Of a DNA stretch of 64,000 bases, positions 30,278-39,731 are shown piece after piece. Source of the stretch: Nitrospinaceae bacterium (GTDB taxonomy: Bacteria; Nitrospinota; Nitrospinia; Nitrospinales; Nitrospinaceae); the NCBI GenBank assembly GCA_965237905.1, contig OZ250172.1, forward strand, positions 2,528,001 through 2,592,000. Reading direction: 5' to 3'. The translations under genes were made by a program, and so were the position numbers. The notes beneath the pieces are model-generated. The model was not told the DNA's origin and did not search any database. It saw only the letters and a list, made by a program, of their open reading frames with translations. Position 1 is the first letter of the stretch; every line of letters begins with the position of its first letter.

Positions 30278-32134
30278 TTACTTCTTTTCGGCGAGGAAGA
30301 CGGTGACGTCGGGGTGGACCTGATTTTCAGGGCACATTTTGAGATGTTGCTGGAAGAACGGCATGTCGATCACAGGATCGTTGTCGCGGCTGTGCAATTC
30401 GTAATGCTCGAACAAACCCCGCAGAGGGCCGGGTCCGCACAGGAACAACATCCCCCCCGGTTTCAACGCGTCGACCAGCGATTTCAACATGGCTTCGCAC
30501 GCTTCCCGTTCCTGATGGAACACGAACGGTATCCATTTGTAGATCATCCCGTAGGTTTGCTGGTAGGCGTCGTCCACATGTTCGGCTTCGCTTAAAAATT
30601 TGACGCGTTTCAGGTTGTCCAGTTGCTGGCGTCCGGCGGCGAAGTTCCACAACTGCTGGGCGTTCTTCGCGGCAAATTCGGGATCGCCGTACAGCACGGT
30701 GACGGCGCGGTCCTGCGTGCAGTCGACGCAACCCGAGATGACACTGTCGAAGGTATGGACGAGTACCGAATCGACCGCCTCCAGCTTGTCCTCCATATCC
30801 TCGTGGCTTTCCATATAGTGAAATATCTGGTCCAGCACCATCGGTTGCAGAGACGCCTCGTCGATCAACGCCTCGCCCTCCGGGTAGAAGGGGACGGTGA
30901 ACAGGATTTTGACCGAGTCGGTCTCCGGCACACTGTCGCCGAAAAAGTGTTGCCAGCCAAACGGGGCGGCAGGAGGGACTTTTGCCGGGGTCTGATCGGT
31001 GACGTGCCATTGCCCGGCGATGGGTACCTTCTGCTGTGCCGCCGCGTCGTGGAGGACGATCTGACCGTCGGTTACCGACATGTAGCGCTGGCAGGAGCCG
31101 TAGCCGCCGCGCGCGGTGTTGATGTAGGGGATGCCGATCGGGTCGTCGTACAACGTCAGTTTATAAAGATAGCCGTCCTGCACGGTGAGGCTCAGCGACG
31201 GCACTTCGCTGAAATAACGCCACGGCGGATCGGACCGAGGGGTCCACTCGATTTCGTGCGAGCGATCGGTGTCCATGAACACGTCGAGGGTATTTTCTCC
31301 TGCCAGTTCTTTCGGCGTGAAGAACGCCGAGAAGATATTGAACGCTTCTTTCGAAGGGTAGGTGGGGAGTCCCCGGTAACGCAGGGGCGGCAAAGGCGTT
31401 TCCCGCGACTGGTCCTCGAACAGGCCCCAGATGAACTCGAACACCGCACCGCCGCTTCCCGGAAGCGTCGATTGAAACAACTCGACCACGGGTATCAAAT
31501 CCAGTTTTTCCCACTGCACGCCGAACATGAAACTGACGAACACCGGGTTTTCGAACGTGCCGTCGGGGAGCACGTACAGGCCATCCTTGTACAAGTTGAC
31601 GTCGTATTCGCCTTCGGCGGTGAGCACAAAATTTTCGTCTTTATAAAAATATTGAACCTCCGAGAACGGCACCTGCCAGGCCTGCGCCGCGCCCTGGCGC
31701 AGTTGGTCGAGGGGCATGGTTTCCCATCCCGGCTGGCCCTTGATATTGATGTGGGTGGAGAATTTTTTGGCGCGGGGTTTGATGCCGACCCACTGTTTGC
31801 AGTCGAGTTGGCAACGCGCCTGCTTCAGCTTGATCTCGTGGGTCGCTTCGTCAGCCTCCCATTCCGCTTCGTGGAGGGGATTCCCCTCCGGATCAGTCAT
31901 CAGGAACCGTCTGCCGAAGGTGTTGTAGAACACGACGTGGCCGGTCGGGTAGATTTTGACGCGGATATTGGCGGGCGTCGGTTTATCGCCGTCGAACCAC
32001 AGCGTGGACCCATCCTTCGTCTCACTTTTGAGGCGGGTCAACGGCTCCTGGAGGATGGCCGCCATCCGCTCATTCGCGGGAAAGCAAAGGTTTTCCTTGC
32101 GTGTGAGAGCCTCAATCAGCTGGTCCTTGTTCAT
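30278..32134 (-). CDS. Hypothetical protein with possible C-terminal SAM-methyltransferase-like fold
   Basis: About 620 aa with host-like codon usage; LVDALKPGGMLFL resembles the class I MTase LKPGG motif. Confidence 0.7.
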   Translation of the reverse strand: MNKDQLIEALTRKENLCFPANERMAAILQEPLTRLKSETKDGSTLWFDGDKPTPANIRVKIYPTGHVVFYNTFGRRFLMTDPEGNPLHEAEWEADEATHEIKLKQARCQLDCKQWVGIKPRAKKFSTHINIKGQPGWETMPLDQLRQGAAQAWQVPFSEVQYFYKDENFVLTAEGEYDVNLYKDGLYVLPDGTFENPVFVSFMFGVQWEKLDLIPVVELFQSTLPGSGGAVFEFIWGLFEDQSRETPLPPLRYRGLPTYPSKEAFNIFSAFFTPKELAGENTLDVFMDTDRSHEIEWTPRSDPPWRYFSEVPSLSLTVQDGYLYKLTLYDDPIGIPYINTARGGYGSCQRYMSVTDGQIVLHDAAAQQKVPIAGQWHVTDQTPAKVPPAAPFGWQHFFGDSVPETDSVKILFTVPFYPEGEALIDEASLQPMVLDQIFHYMESHEDMEDKLEAVDSVLVHTFDSVISGCVDCTQDRAVTVLYGDPEFAAKNAQQLWNFAAGRQQLDNLKRVKFLSEAEHVDDAYQQTYGMIYKWIPFVFHQEREACEAMLKSLVDALKPGGMLFLCGPGPLRGLFEHYELHSRDNDPVIDMPFFQQHLKMCPENQVHPDVTVFLAEKK

Positions 32135-32355
32135 CAGCAAAAAAACCCTTGAAAACGGTGATATTAGAACGAAGAGGGATTATAGGGAGCCGGTCGGAAA
32201 CTGTCAAATGAACCTTAGGTTGACAGTGCCGTCTTCGGAACATATAATCCACAGAGAATCCTGATAAAAATCAGTTTGTTAGATAATTTGAGGGCCATTT
32301 CCCGGCCCCTATTTTTTAGGGGTTTATACCCTTTTTGTATTAGAGAGAGACGTTC

Positions 32356-34989
32356 ATGGAAAAACAATCGACCGGCAGTGCCAATGACGAGAGCAAGAAG
32401 TATGAGCAGATGGCTTACACCAGCCTTCAGAAAAAAGATTTCAAGGAAGCGGAAACGAACTTCCTGACGGCCCTCAAGCATATGGAGGATTCGGGCGACG
32501 AAACCGGGCAGGCGTATACCCTCGGCAACCTCGGCAACATCTCTTTTCAGCGGCGTCGGTGGGACGAGGCCCGGGACTACTACGAAAAATCCCTCACATT
32601 GATGGAAAAGCTGAAAGATGAAAGAGGCATTGAAAGCTCCCTCGGCAACCTCGGCAACGTGAGTTTTTACCAGGGTGAGCTGGACGTCGCGCAGGAAAAT
32701 TATGTGAAGGCCCTCAAGCTGGTCGAGCAGAGCCAGAACCTGAATGGTCAAATCCAATACAACGAAAATCTCGGCAACATTGCATTGCAGAAAAGAGATT
32801 TCCAGGTGGCCGAGCAGCATTTTGAAGCGGTCAGGACGTTCCTGATGTCGGAGAAGGAAGACGCCGAGCGCATTGCTGTGGTGGAAGAGAAAATCAAATC
32901 CATCAAAAAACAGCCGGAGTATCTCGAAGCGAAGGAAAAGGATGCGCAGGGTGAAATCGACCAACTGACCCAGGACAAGCGCCATTCCGATCTCATCAAG
33001 AAATATCAGGAACTGGAGGAGATGTTCTACGAGGCGAAACGCTTCGACAAGGTGATCGAGATCAACCGCAAGATCATCGGCGTGCTGGAGGAAATGAACG
33101 ACGCGGCGTCGATTGCCATCTGCCACGCCAACCTGGGGAGCACACTGTTGCAGGAAGGATTGGGCGGCAAGCCGGAGCTGTTGGACCAGGCAGAAACAAA
33201 TTTCAAACAAGCGCTGGAGTTCGTTGAAAAGCAGAATGACCAGCGCCGTCAAGCCTACCTTCTCGGAAACCTCGGTATTTTATATCTCCATAAAAAAGAC
33301 TTCGACCAGTCGTACGACTATTACAACCGCTCGCTGAAGATTATGACCGAGATGGGTGACGAGCTGGGGGAGGCCCGCAGTTACGCCAACCTGGGGAAAA
33401 TCGAATCTCTCAAGAAAAACTGGGACGCGGCGGCGGAGCAATATGGCAAATCCCTGCAGATCATGGAAAAACTCCAGAACCGGCCCGGTATGGCCCAGCA
33501 GAACGAGGCCTTGGGCGAGGTCTTTCTACAAAAGGAGAATTTTGAGGAGGCGGAAAAATTTCTGCAAAACGCCAACGCCATGTACGAAGCCCTGAAAGAC
33601 CCGCAGGGTGTCCGGATCGTTCAAGACAAATTGCTCTACCTCATCAGCCATCCCGAGACCATCCAGAAGCGTAAGGAAGAAATCGAGGCCGAACTCAAAA
33701 AACCGGAAGTGGAGAAAGATAACGCCAAAAAGATCTCGCTGTTGACCGATCTCGGGAACACGTTTTTCCTGGGGAATCAACTCGATGATGCGCGGGACGC
33801 TTTGGAAAGAGTTTTGAAAATCCAGGAAGAGACCGGCGACAAGAGCGGTATGAGTTCCACCTGCGGCAACCTGGGGAGCATCCTGTCGGAAGGGGAAAGC
33901 TGGGAGGCGTCGGATCAATATTATGAAAAAGCCATAGCGCTTCGCGAGGAGTTGAGTTCCGATGCCACCGCTCTGCTGGAATTGTACGGCAACCGTGCCA
34001 TTGTGCTGATCCACCTGAACAAGCTGGACAAAGCGGAAAAGCTGTTGAAGCAATCCCTCAAGATCAACGAAAAGACCGGGAGCGGAAGGGGCTTGCTCAG
34101 CGATTACCGAAATCTGGGCAACCTCAATCTGCAGAAGCGGGACTGGGCCGGGGCCGAGCAGTTTTACAAGAAATCGCTCGACCTCAACACCAAGGTCAAA
34201 AACCAGCAGGAAATGGCGGAAGATTACCGGAACCTGTTCAACCTGTACGTGCACAACGAGAATTGGAACGAGGCGGAGAAGTATTGCCAACAAGCCCTGG
34301 ACATTGCCGAGGAACTGCAGGATCTTCGGAATGCCTGCCAGGACATCCGCAGTTTAGCGAAGATTTATAACGAGAAGAAGGACCGTTCCAAGGTGGAGCC
34401 CTATTACAAGATGGCGCTGGAACGATCGCAGAAGCTGGATGATCCGCGGGAAATCGCCATCGACCTCAGAAACCTCGGCGCGCTTTATCTGGAAAAGGGA
34501 TACACCGAAAAAGCCGAAGAGTATTACAAGCAGGCGTTGGGCATTTCCGAAGAGTTGGGAGACCCCAAGGAGATGGCGGAAGATTTTCGCAATATGGGGA
34601 ATTATCATTTTCGGCGGGGCCAATCAGAGTATGCAGAGGAATATTATAAAAAAGCTCTGGATTACACGCTGAAGGTGGGCGATGCGTCCGGTTCGGCCAA
34701 GGATTATACCTTTATGGGCAACCTCAAGTTCAGGGGGAAGAAATTCGATGAGGCCGAGGAGTATTTCCAAAAAGCCGCCGGTATCTTTAATGACAAAAAG
34801 AACTTCGTCAATCTGGTGCAGTTGTACATGACCGTAGCTCGGATGAACCTGGCCGAGTCGCTCAAGGATCCCTGTGAAAGTTACCTGAACCGGGCGGAAG
34901 AAGTGGCCCAACTGCTGGGGAATCCTGAAAAGTTGACGAGTTCCATTGAAGAAATGCGGAAGACGGTCGAGAGGATCGATAAAATTTAA
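32356..34989 (+). CDS. Large TPR protein
   Basis: Many ~40-aa repeats with LGNLG/YRNLG...A..YY.KAL. Confidence 0.92.
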   Translation: MEKQSTGSANDESKKYEQMAYTSLQKKDFKEAETNFLTALKHMEDSGDETGQAYTLGNLGNISFQRRRWDEARDYYEKSLTLMEKLKDERGIESSLGNLGNVSFYQGELDVAQENYVKALKLVEQSQNLNGQIQYNENLGNIALQKRDFQVAEQHFEAVRTFLMSEKEDAERIAVVEEKIKSIKKQPEYLEAKEKDAQGEIDQLTQDKRHSDLIKKYQELEEMFYEAKRFDKVIEINRKIIGVLEEMNDAASIAICHANLGSTLLQEGLGGKPELLDQAETNFKQALEFVEKQNDQRRQAYLLGNLGILYLHKKDFDQSYDYYNRSLKIMTEMGDELGEARSYANLGKIESLKKNWDAAAEQYGKSLQIMEKLQNRPGMAQQNEALGEVFLQKENFEEAEKFLQNANAMYEALKDPQGVRIVQDKLLYLISHPETIQKRKEEIEAELKKPEVEKDNAKKISLLTDLGNTFFLGNQLDDARDALERVLKIQEETGDKSGMSSTCGNLGSILSEGESWEASDQYYEKAIALREELSSDATALLELYGNRAIVLIHLNKLDKAEKLLKQSLKINEKTGSGRGLLSDYRNLGNLNLQKRDWAGAEQFYKKSLDLNTKVKNQQEMAEDYRNLFNLYVHNENWNEAEKYCQQALDIAEELQDLRNACQDIRSLAKIYNEKKDRSKVEPYYKMALERSQKLDDPREIAIDLRNLGALYLEKGYTEKAEEYYKQALGISEELGDPKEMAEDFRNMGNYHFRRGQSEYAEEYYKKALDYTLKVGDASGSAKDYTFMGNLKFRGKKFDEAEEYFQKAAGIFNDKKNFVNLVQLYMTVARMNLAESLKDPCESYLNRAEEVAQLLGNPEKLTSSIEEMRKTVERIDKI

Positions 34990-35230
34990 TCAGGTAAGGT
35001 ATTGACAAGGTTGAGGTTGTTGTTTTTGCGGCGAATCACGAATTTTACGGATACCGGTGTTTTCCCGAAAAGTGGAAGAACCCTTTTAAAAATAATTTTT
35101 TCACACCCGGAATCAGGGCTGAAAGTCTTGACAAGGGCGGGGTCATTCTATAAGTTTCAAGTATCCCCTTTTGAGGGAAACCTTATAATCCTTTAGTTGT
35201 AAGAATTTATTCCGATAGTTATCCAATCTT

Positions 35231-36436
35231 ATGAAAATCAACTACAGTCCCCAATTGATGGAAGAAGCGGTTTTCCGGCACCTGAACCATTTGGAACGTT
35301 CCGGAATGCGAGCCGATTACGACGAATACCATTCCCTGGCCGATCCCATTTATGAAATACCGGAAGATGACCGCGAAGAGGCTTTTGCCAAGGTCAATGA
35401 ACTGTTTTTCCGTGAAAAGCTGGAATTGGGCGACCACGTCCTACGATCATTAGAAGCCTGCGGATTGATCCCCAAACGGCAGAAAAGCCCCAAAAAGGCT
35501 CTCGCGCCCGCGGGCGAAAGTGCCGGGGAAAGCGGCGTGGCCGTGGCGGAGGGTGATGAAGGATCGAGCGAAGATTCGGAAGAGACGGACACCGAAGTGG
35601 AATCTTCTGAAGAGACACCCGAGGCGGAACTGATAGAAACTCTGGACGACACGTCGGCGCCCGTTGCTGAAGACCAATCGGAGGTCCAGTATGAGGAAGA
35701 GGAGCGAACGTTCGAGGAAAAAATCAAGGAGATCACGATCAAGCGCGCCATCAACAAGGTGGATGAAGGGTCCAACGTGCTGAATCGGGTTTCCGGTCTG
35801 CCGGTGATCGAAATGCGTGTGCTGGCCAGCCGCTTCGCCAATCCGGAGGAGATGGAAGAACTGGGGTCCTTTTTGATTCACGAGTTCATGCACGCGCGGG
35901 ACATGATGGATCCGGCATTCGATTACGAAGACGCCTTCATTCCCGGTAACCCGTCGATGAAAAACCTGATCACAGCGCGGTTCCGCCTGCTGTGGAATAT
36001 TTTCGTCGATTCGCGCCTGGCCCGGAAAAAAATCCAGTCCGTCATGACCAAGGAAGCGCGTTACCGTGAATTCGACAATTATTACCGGAAGATTCCCGAA
36101 CAGCAAAGGCGCGGAATTTTTGAGGGCCTGTGGGAAACGGAAAAGCTGAGCCACGAGGAATTACTGTCGATGGCCACCGACCTGGAAACTCTGATCAGTA
36201 CGTATATCGATTACTCGGAGGAGTTTACCGAGGAAGATCAAGAGTATATCCATCTGCAGGGGTCGCCCTGTCCGTTGTGCAAATTTCCGACGTACAACTG
36301 GGTGGATGATCCGGAAAGCGTATGCGATGAAATGGTTATCGAGGCCATTCAGATCGATTTCCCGGATTGGGAAAGCAAGGATGGTGGTTGTGACCGATGT
36401 ATCGAGGTTTACGAGTTGAGAGCCGGAACCTCTTGA
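35231..36436 (+). CDS. Hypothetical protein with HExxH motif and C-terminal CxxC...CxxC
   Basis: LIHEFMHARDMMDP; CPLCKFP...CDRC; acidic low-complexity insert. Confidence 0.8.
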   Translation: MKINYSPQLMEEAVFRHLNHLERSGMRADYDEYHSLADPIYEIPEDDREEAFAKVNELFFREKLELGDHVLRSLEACGLIPKRQKSPKKALAPAGESAGESGVAVAEGDEGSSEDSEETDTEVESSEETPEAELIETLDDTSAPVAEDQSEVQYEEEERTFEEKIKEITIKRAINKVDEGSNVLNRVSGLPVIEMRVLASRFANPEEMEELGSFLIHEFMHARDMMDPAFDYEDAFIPGNPSMKNLITARFRLLWNIFVDSRLARKKIQSVMTKEARYREFDNYYRKIPEQQRRGIFEGLWETEKLSHEELLSMATDLETLISTYIDYSEEFTEEDQEYIHLQGSPCPLCKFPTYNWVDDPESVCDEMVIEAIQIDFPDWESKDGGCDRCIEVYELRAGTS

Positions 36437-36607
36437 TTTTTTTAAAGTTTGTGATAGTTTGAGTAATTAAAATTTCCTTTCGGCTTAAATTAAATTAAAC
36501 TTGTGGGCCGGACCGCAAGACGGGTTCTGGGGGGTTTGCAAGGCTTGAGGTTTTAAACGGAGATTGGGCCGTGTGTCGGCCTGACTATTATTTTTAGGGA
36601 GAGTCCC

Positions 36608-37435
36608 ATGTCCGAAGTGAGCGAAGTAAAAAATCAAGACCCGATTATGGTGAAGTTTGGTGAAACGGGATCTGTGGAAGATTGCAAGGAGCAGAGAATT
36701 TCCATGCAGTTGGCCCGCGGCCGGATTTATGACATTCTATCCAACGCGTTCAGTTATCCGTGGAACCGGAAGTTCTTTCGGCCCAAGTCCCTATTGGAGC
36801 CGTTCGATGTGGCTCTGTTGGATGAGGAAGACTGGGGCAGAGTTAAGGAAATGATCGGACGCTTTGGCAAGTACCTCCCAAAAATGGCTTTGAAGCAAGT
36901 GCAACAGGAATATGTCCGTGTTTTCGGACACGCGGTTTCCCAGGAATGTCCTCCTTACGAAATGCAGTACGGAACCGAGGGCGGAATTCAGTCCCAGACC
37001 GATGTTTTGATCCAGCTCGGCGGTTTTTATGAAACGTTCGGATTTGAGTTTCCCAAAAGCCGCGGCAAGGAACGAGTTGATCATATTTCCGTGGAACTCT
37101 CCTTTTTGTCGTATCTGTGTTTCCGGGAAGCCTATGGCATCACCAACGGCCACGATGAGAAGAAAATCGCCGTGGTGCGTTCCACCGCCAAGAAATTTCT
37201 CCGCAACCATATCGGACGCTGGACTCCCTTGTTCTGCATTTTTACAGCGCGCAAGGCGGAGCGGGGTATGTACAAAGACATCATCGACATTCTGTCACTG
37301 ATGGTGCAAAACGAGTGTTCCTTGCTGGATGTGAAGCCCATCAAGGTCGAAGAACCGGAGTATCGATCTCTTTCCTACAGTATGGAGAACGATTTGGTCG
37401 CCAACGCTCCAGCCGAATGTGAACCGATCAAATAA
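36608..37435 (+). CDS. TorD/DmsD family molybdoenzyme maturation chaperone
   Basis: EYVRVFG, CPPYE, FYETFG, ERVDHISVELSFL (E.PDH...EL signature), FL.NH...W.P.F. Confidence 0.88.
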   Translation: MSEVSEVKNQDPIMVKFGETGSVEDCKEQRISMQLARGRIYDILSNAFSYPWNRKFFRPKSLLEPFDVALLDEEDWGRVKEMIGRFGKYLPKMALKQVQQEYVRVFGHAVSQECPPYEMQYGTEGGIQSQTDVLIQLGGFYETFGFEFPKSRGKERVDHISVELSFLSYLCFREAYGITNGHDEKKIAVVRSTAKKFLRNHIGRWTPLFCIFTARKAERGMYKDIIDILSLMVQNECSLLDVKPIKVEEPEYRSLSYSMENDLVANAPAECEPIK

Positions 37436-38033
37436 CCTGCCTCTACTGATTAAAATCAGGTTCCCCTCCAAAACGGGATCCGGATAGTGGCTCATTGCAA
37501 AACCTTTGTTGTAGTTTTACTTGCCCTATCGGGAAGGGTTCCTGCCATTTCCGTCAGTGCCATGACTATTGAAGCGGTCCGTGTTCCCAGCAAAATACCG
37601 GTCAATCCCTCTCATCCCATCCGGTTTCTATATTCTGCAATATTAAATTCGACAGCCCGGCTCATATTGCCCTAACCTTTCCTAACAAAAGGGTTTATAG
37701 CGGTAATCCCTCCAGTCTTTTCGGGTCGGATTTTTTTAAAACCTAAAATCGCTTTCCCGCATCTTAATTAATGTAGTATTTGTGTCTTGTATTGCTTTTC
37801 AACATCAACAGCGCCCCACGGAATTTTGAATGGGGCTTAAATTGCCTTATTTTTTGCAAGTTCATCTTGATATATATAGAGCGGCAGTGGTGCGCTCAAA
37901 GGTTTTGAATCAATAACAAAATTGAGTTATTGGGTTGAAAATGCTTTAAACAGAAAAAAGTTTTTCGCCGGGAAGGTATTCAAACCTTTTTACCTGGATG
38001 AACCCAGATAAAGAATAAGGCGTTCCTTGCCTT

Positions 38034-39731
38034 ATGTTTGTATTTGATCCTTTGAATCAGGGGCTGGAGCTTCTGGCAAAAAGGGATTTACAAAATGCCG
38101 AATCTCTGTTCCTTAAGGTCATCAACGATCCTTATGTCCAGACGGATGATCTCGATCGCGCCCGTACCTATCTGAATGATATACGGTCCTGCCAGACGGG
38201 CAACAAGACCCTGGACTTCAATCAGTATAAAAAACTGTCCAGGAAAACGATTGTCTCCCTGGATATGGTTGATGATTTACTGTCCTCGATTTATTTTTCT
38301 CCCAGCCAAGCCTACGCAGACTTCGACCGCGAAATTCAGGAGAAGTCCCACTCCATTATCAGCCGCCTCAAGCAAATCAAGATCCGGGATATCGGAGCGA
38401 GAGACGATCTGTTTCAAAAAATCGAAAAGAACGGCATGCAGGTCATAAAGAAAAAGCTGTCTGCCGGAAAATCCAACGGCGGTTCGGGAGGTTTCGATCT
38501 TCACCGCTGGAAAACGATTTACCGCAAATTCATCGAAACCATCAATCCGGTTTTACTGGAGCGGCATCTCGAGCTTTTGGATTATATTCTGGTCACCGGG
38601 GAAATTGAAATGCTGGATGATCCCAAGTTGACGGCCTTGACTCCCAAGTACCGGTGGATCATAGAATCCACTCTGAAATCCAAATGGTATCTGCTCCGCA
38701 GTTATTTTTTCAAAGCCCGGTCGGAAATTGAGGGGCAATTCAGCAAAAAGGAAGGAACCCGCAAGTATTGGGAGGAAGTGAAATACAAGAAAATCAAGAT
38801 ATTCGAAATGTGCGGATTCCAGGAAAAAAATATCCAGAAATTTTTGTATATCGACAAATTAAACTATAAAACCCTCCACGATATTTATGAATTTGCCCAT
38901 AATCTGAATCTGGATTTAACTCCCCGGGATGTAAGTCTGGCCTTGCGCGGCGTGGATAAGGCCAAAGATCATATCAAAGAACGTGGCGGCTACCTGATGG
39001 GAAGCCGAAAGGACTTCCAGGGCCGGCTGATCGAACTCGGTTTCGATCCTGAGAATTCCTACCAAATTGCCCGCCAAGCTAAAAAAGCCAGCAACCATCA
39101 GATTGCCGAATCCTACGCGCAGGCCCTGCAGGTGGCCCGGAACGAAATTTACTGGTACCGGGTTCCACCGCAAAATACGAACCTGCGAAGAGATATTGAA
39201 GAACAATGTTGCAAGCATTTGAGCACGGTGCGCATTCATCTGTTCGATCGTGGCCGTTTGAACAAATTACTTCTGCAAAATGGCAAGCCTCTGATCCGGA
39301 AATACCTTGTCCAGGCTTATGGGGAGGATGTGGTGGACCTTCATTGCTATTTCCGGCTCGAAACCATCCATCAGTATTACAAACTTAAATTCTTCCAATA
39401 TCACAGGGATAGCCTGCCCAGCGTTTCGGAATTGATTAAAATCAGCCGAAAAGATTTCCAGCCGATGCTGATCGAAGGTTTTAACGCTTTCGTGAAGAAA
39501 AGACGGCTGAACATCCCGGAGTCATTGATGCGGGAGTTAAAAGAACATGCTTCCGTCACGGAATGGGAGGATGCCCACACCACTCCGGAAGAAAAGTTTT
39601 TACTGCGTTGCTGGTTTTTGATGGACCATGGGGTGTCGATCACACAGGGCTTGGTTCTTAAGGGAGTGTTGAGTTCCGGGTCGGACGTGTGGGATTTCCT
39701 GAAGAGTCAGGAGTCGGAGTGTAAAATCTGA
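38034..39731 (+). CDS. Hypothetical protein
   Basis: 565-aa ORF, no recognisable motif; 3' end overlaps convergent ygfZ by 25 bp. Confidence 0.75.
   Translation: MFVFDPLNQGLELLAKRDLQNAESLFLKVINDPYVQTDDLDRARTYLNDIRSCQTGNKTLDFNQYKKLSRKTIVSLDMVDDLLSSIYFSPSQAYADFDREIQEKSHSIISRLKQIKIRDIGARDDLFQKIEKNGMQVIKKKLSAGKSNGGSGGFDLHRWKTIYRKFIETINPVLLERHLELLDYILVTGEIEMLDDPKLTALTPKYRWIIESTLKSKWYLLRSYFFKARSEIEGQFSKKEGTRKYWEEVKYKKIKIFEMCGFQEKNIQKFLYIDKLNYKTLHDIYEFAHNLNLDLTPRDVSLALRGVDKAKDHIKERGGYLMGSRKDFQGRLIELGFDPENSYQIARQAKKASNHQIAESYAQALQVARNEIYWYRVPPQNTNLRRDIEEQCCKHLSTVRIHLFDRGRLNKLLLQNGKPLIRKYLVQAYGEDVVDLHCYFRLETIHQYYKLKFFQYHRDSLPSVSELIKISRKDFQPMLIEGFNAFVKKRRLNIPESLMRELKEHASVTEWEDAHTTPEEKFLLRCWFLMDHGVSITQGLVLKGVLSSGSDVWDFLKSQESECKI

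Noticed and set aside
24541..30338. Prophage or ICE bounded by att sites
   Set aside because: No integrase, phage or conjugation genes; the two duplications are unrelated sequences bounding separate small inserts
30623..32152. 509-aa plus-strand ORF
   Set aside because: Antisense shadow of the minus-strand gene with no protein-like motifs; the scar preserves the minus-strand stop
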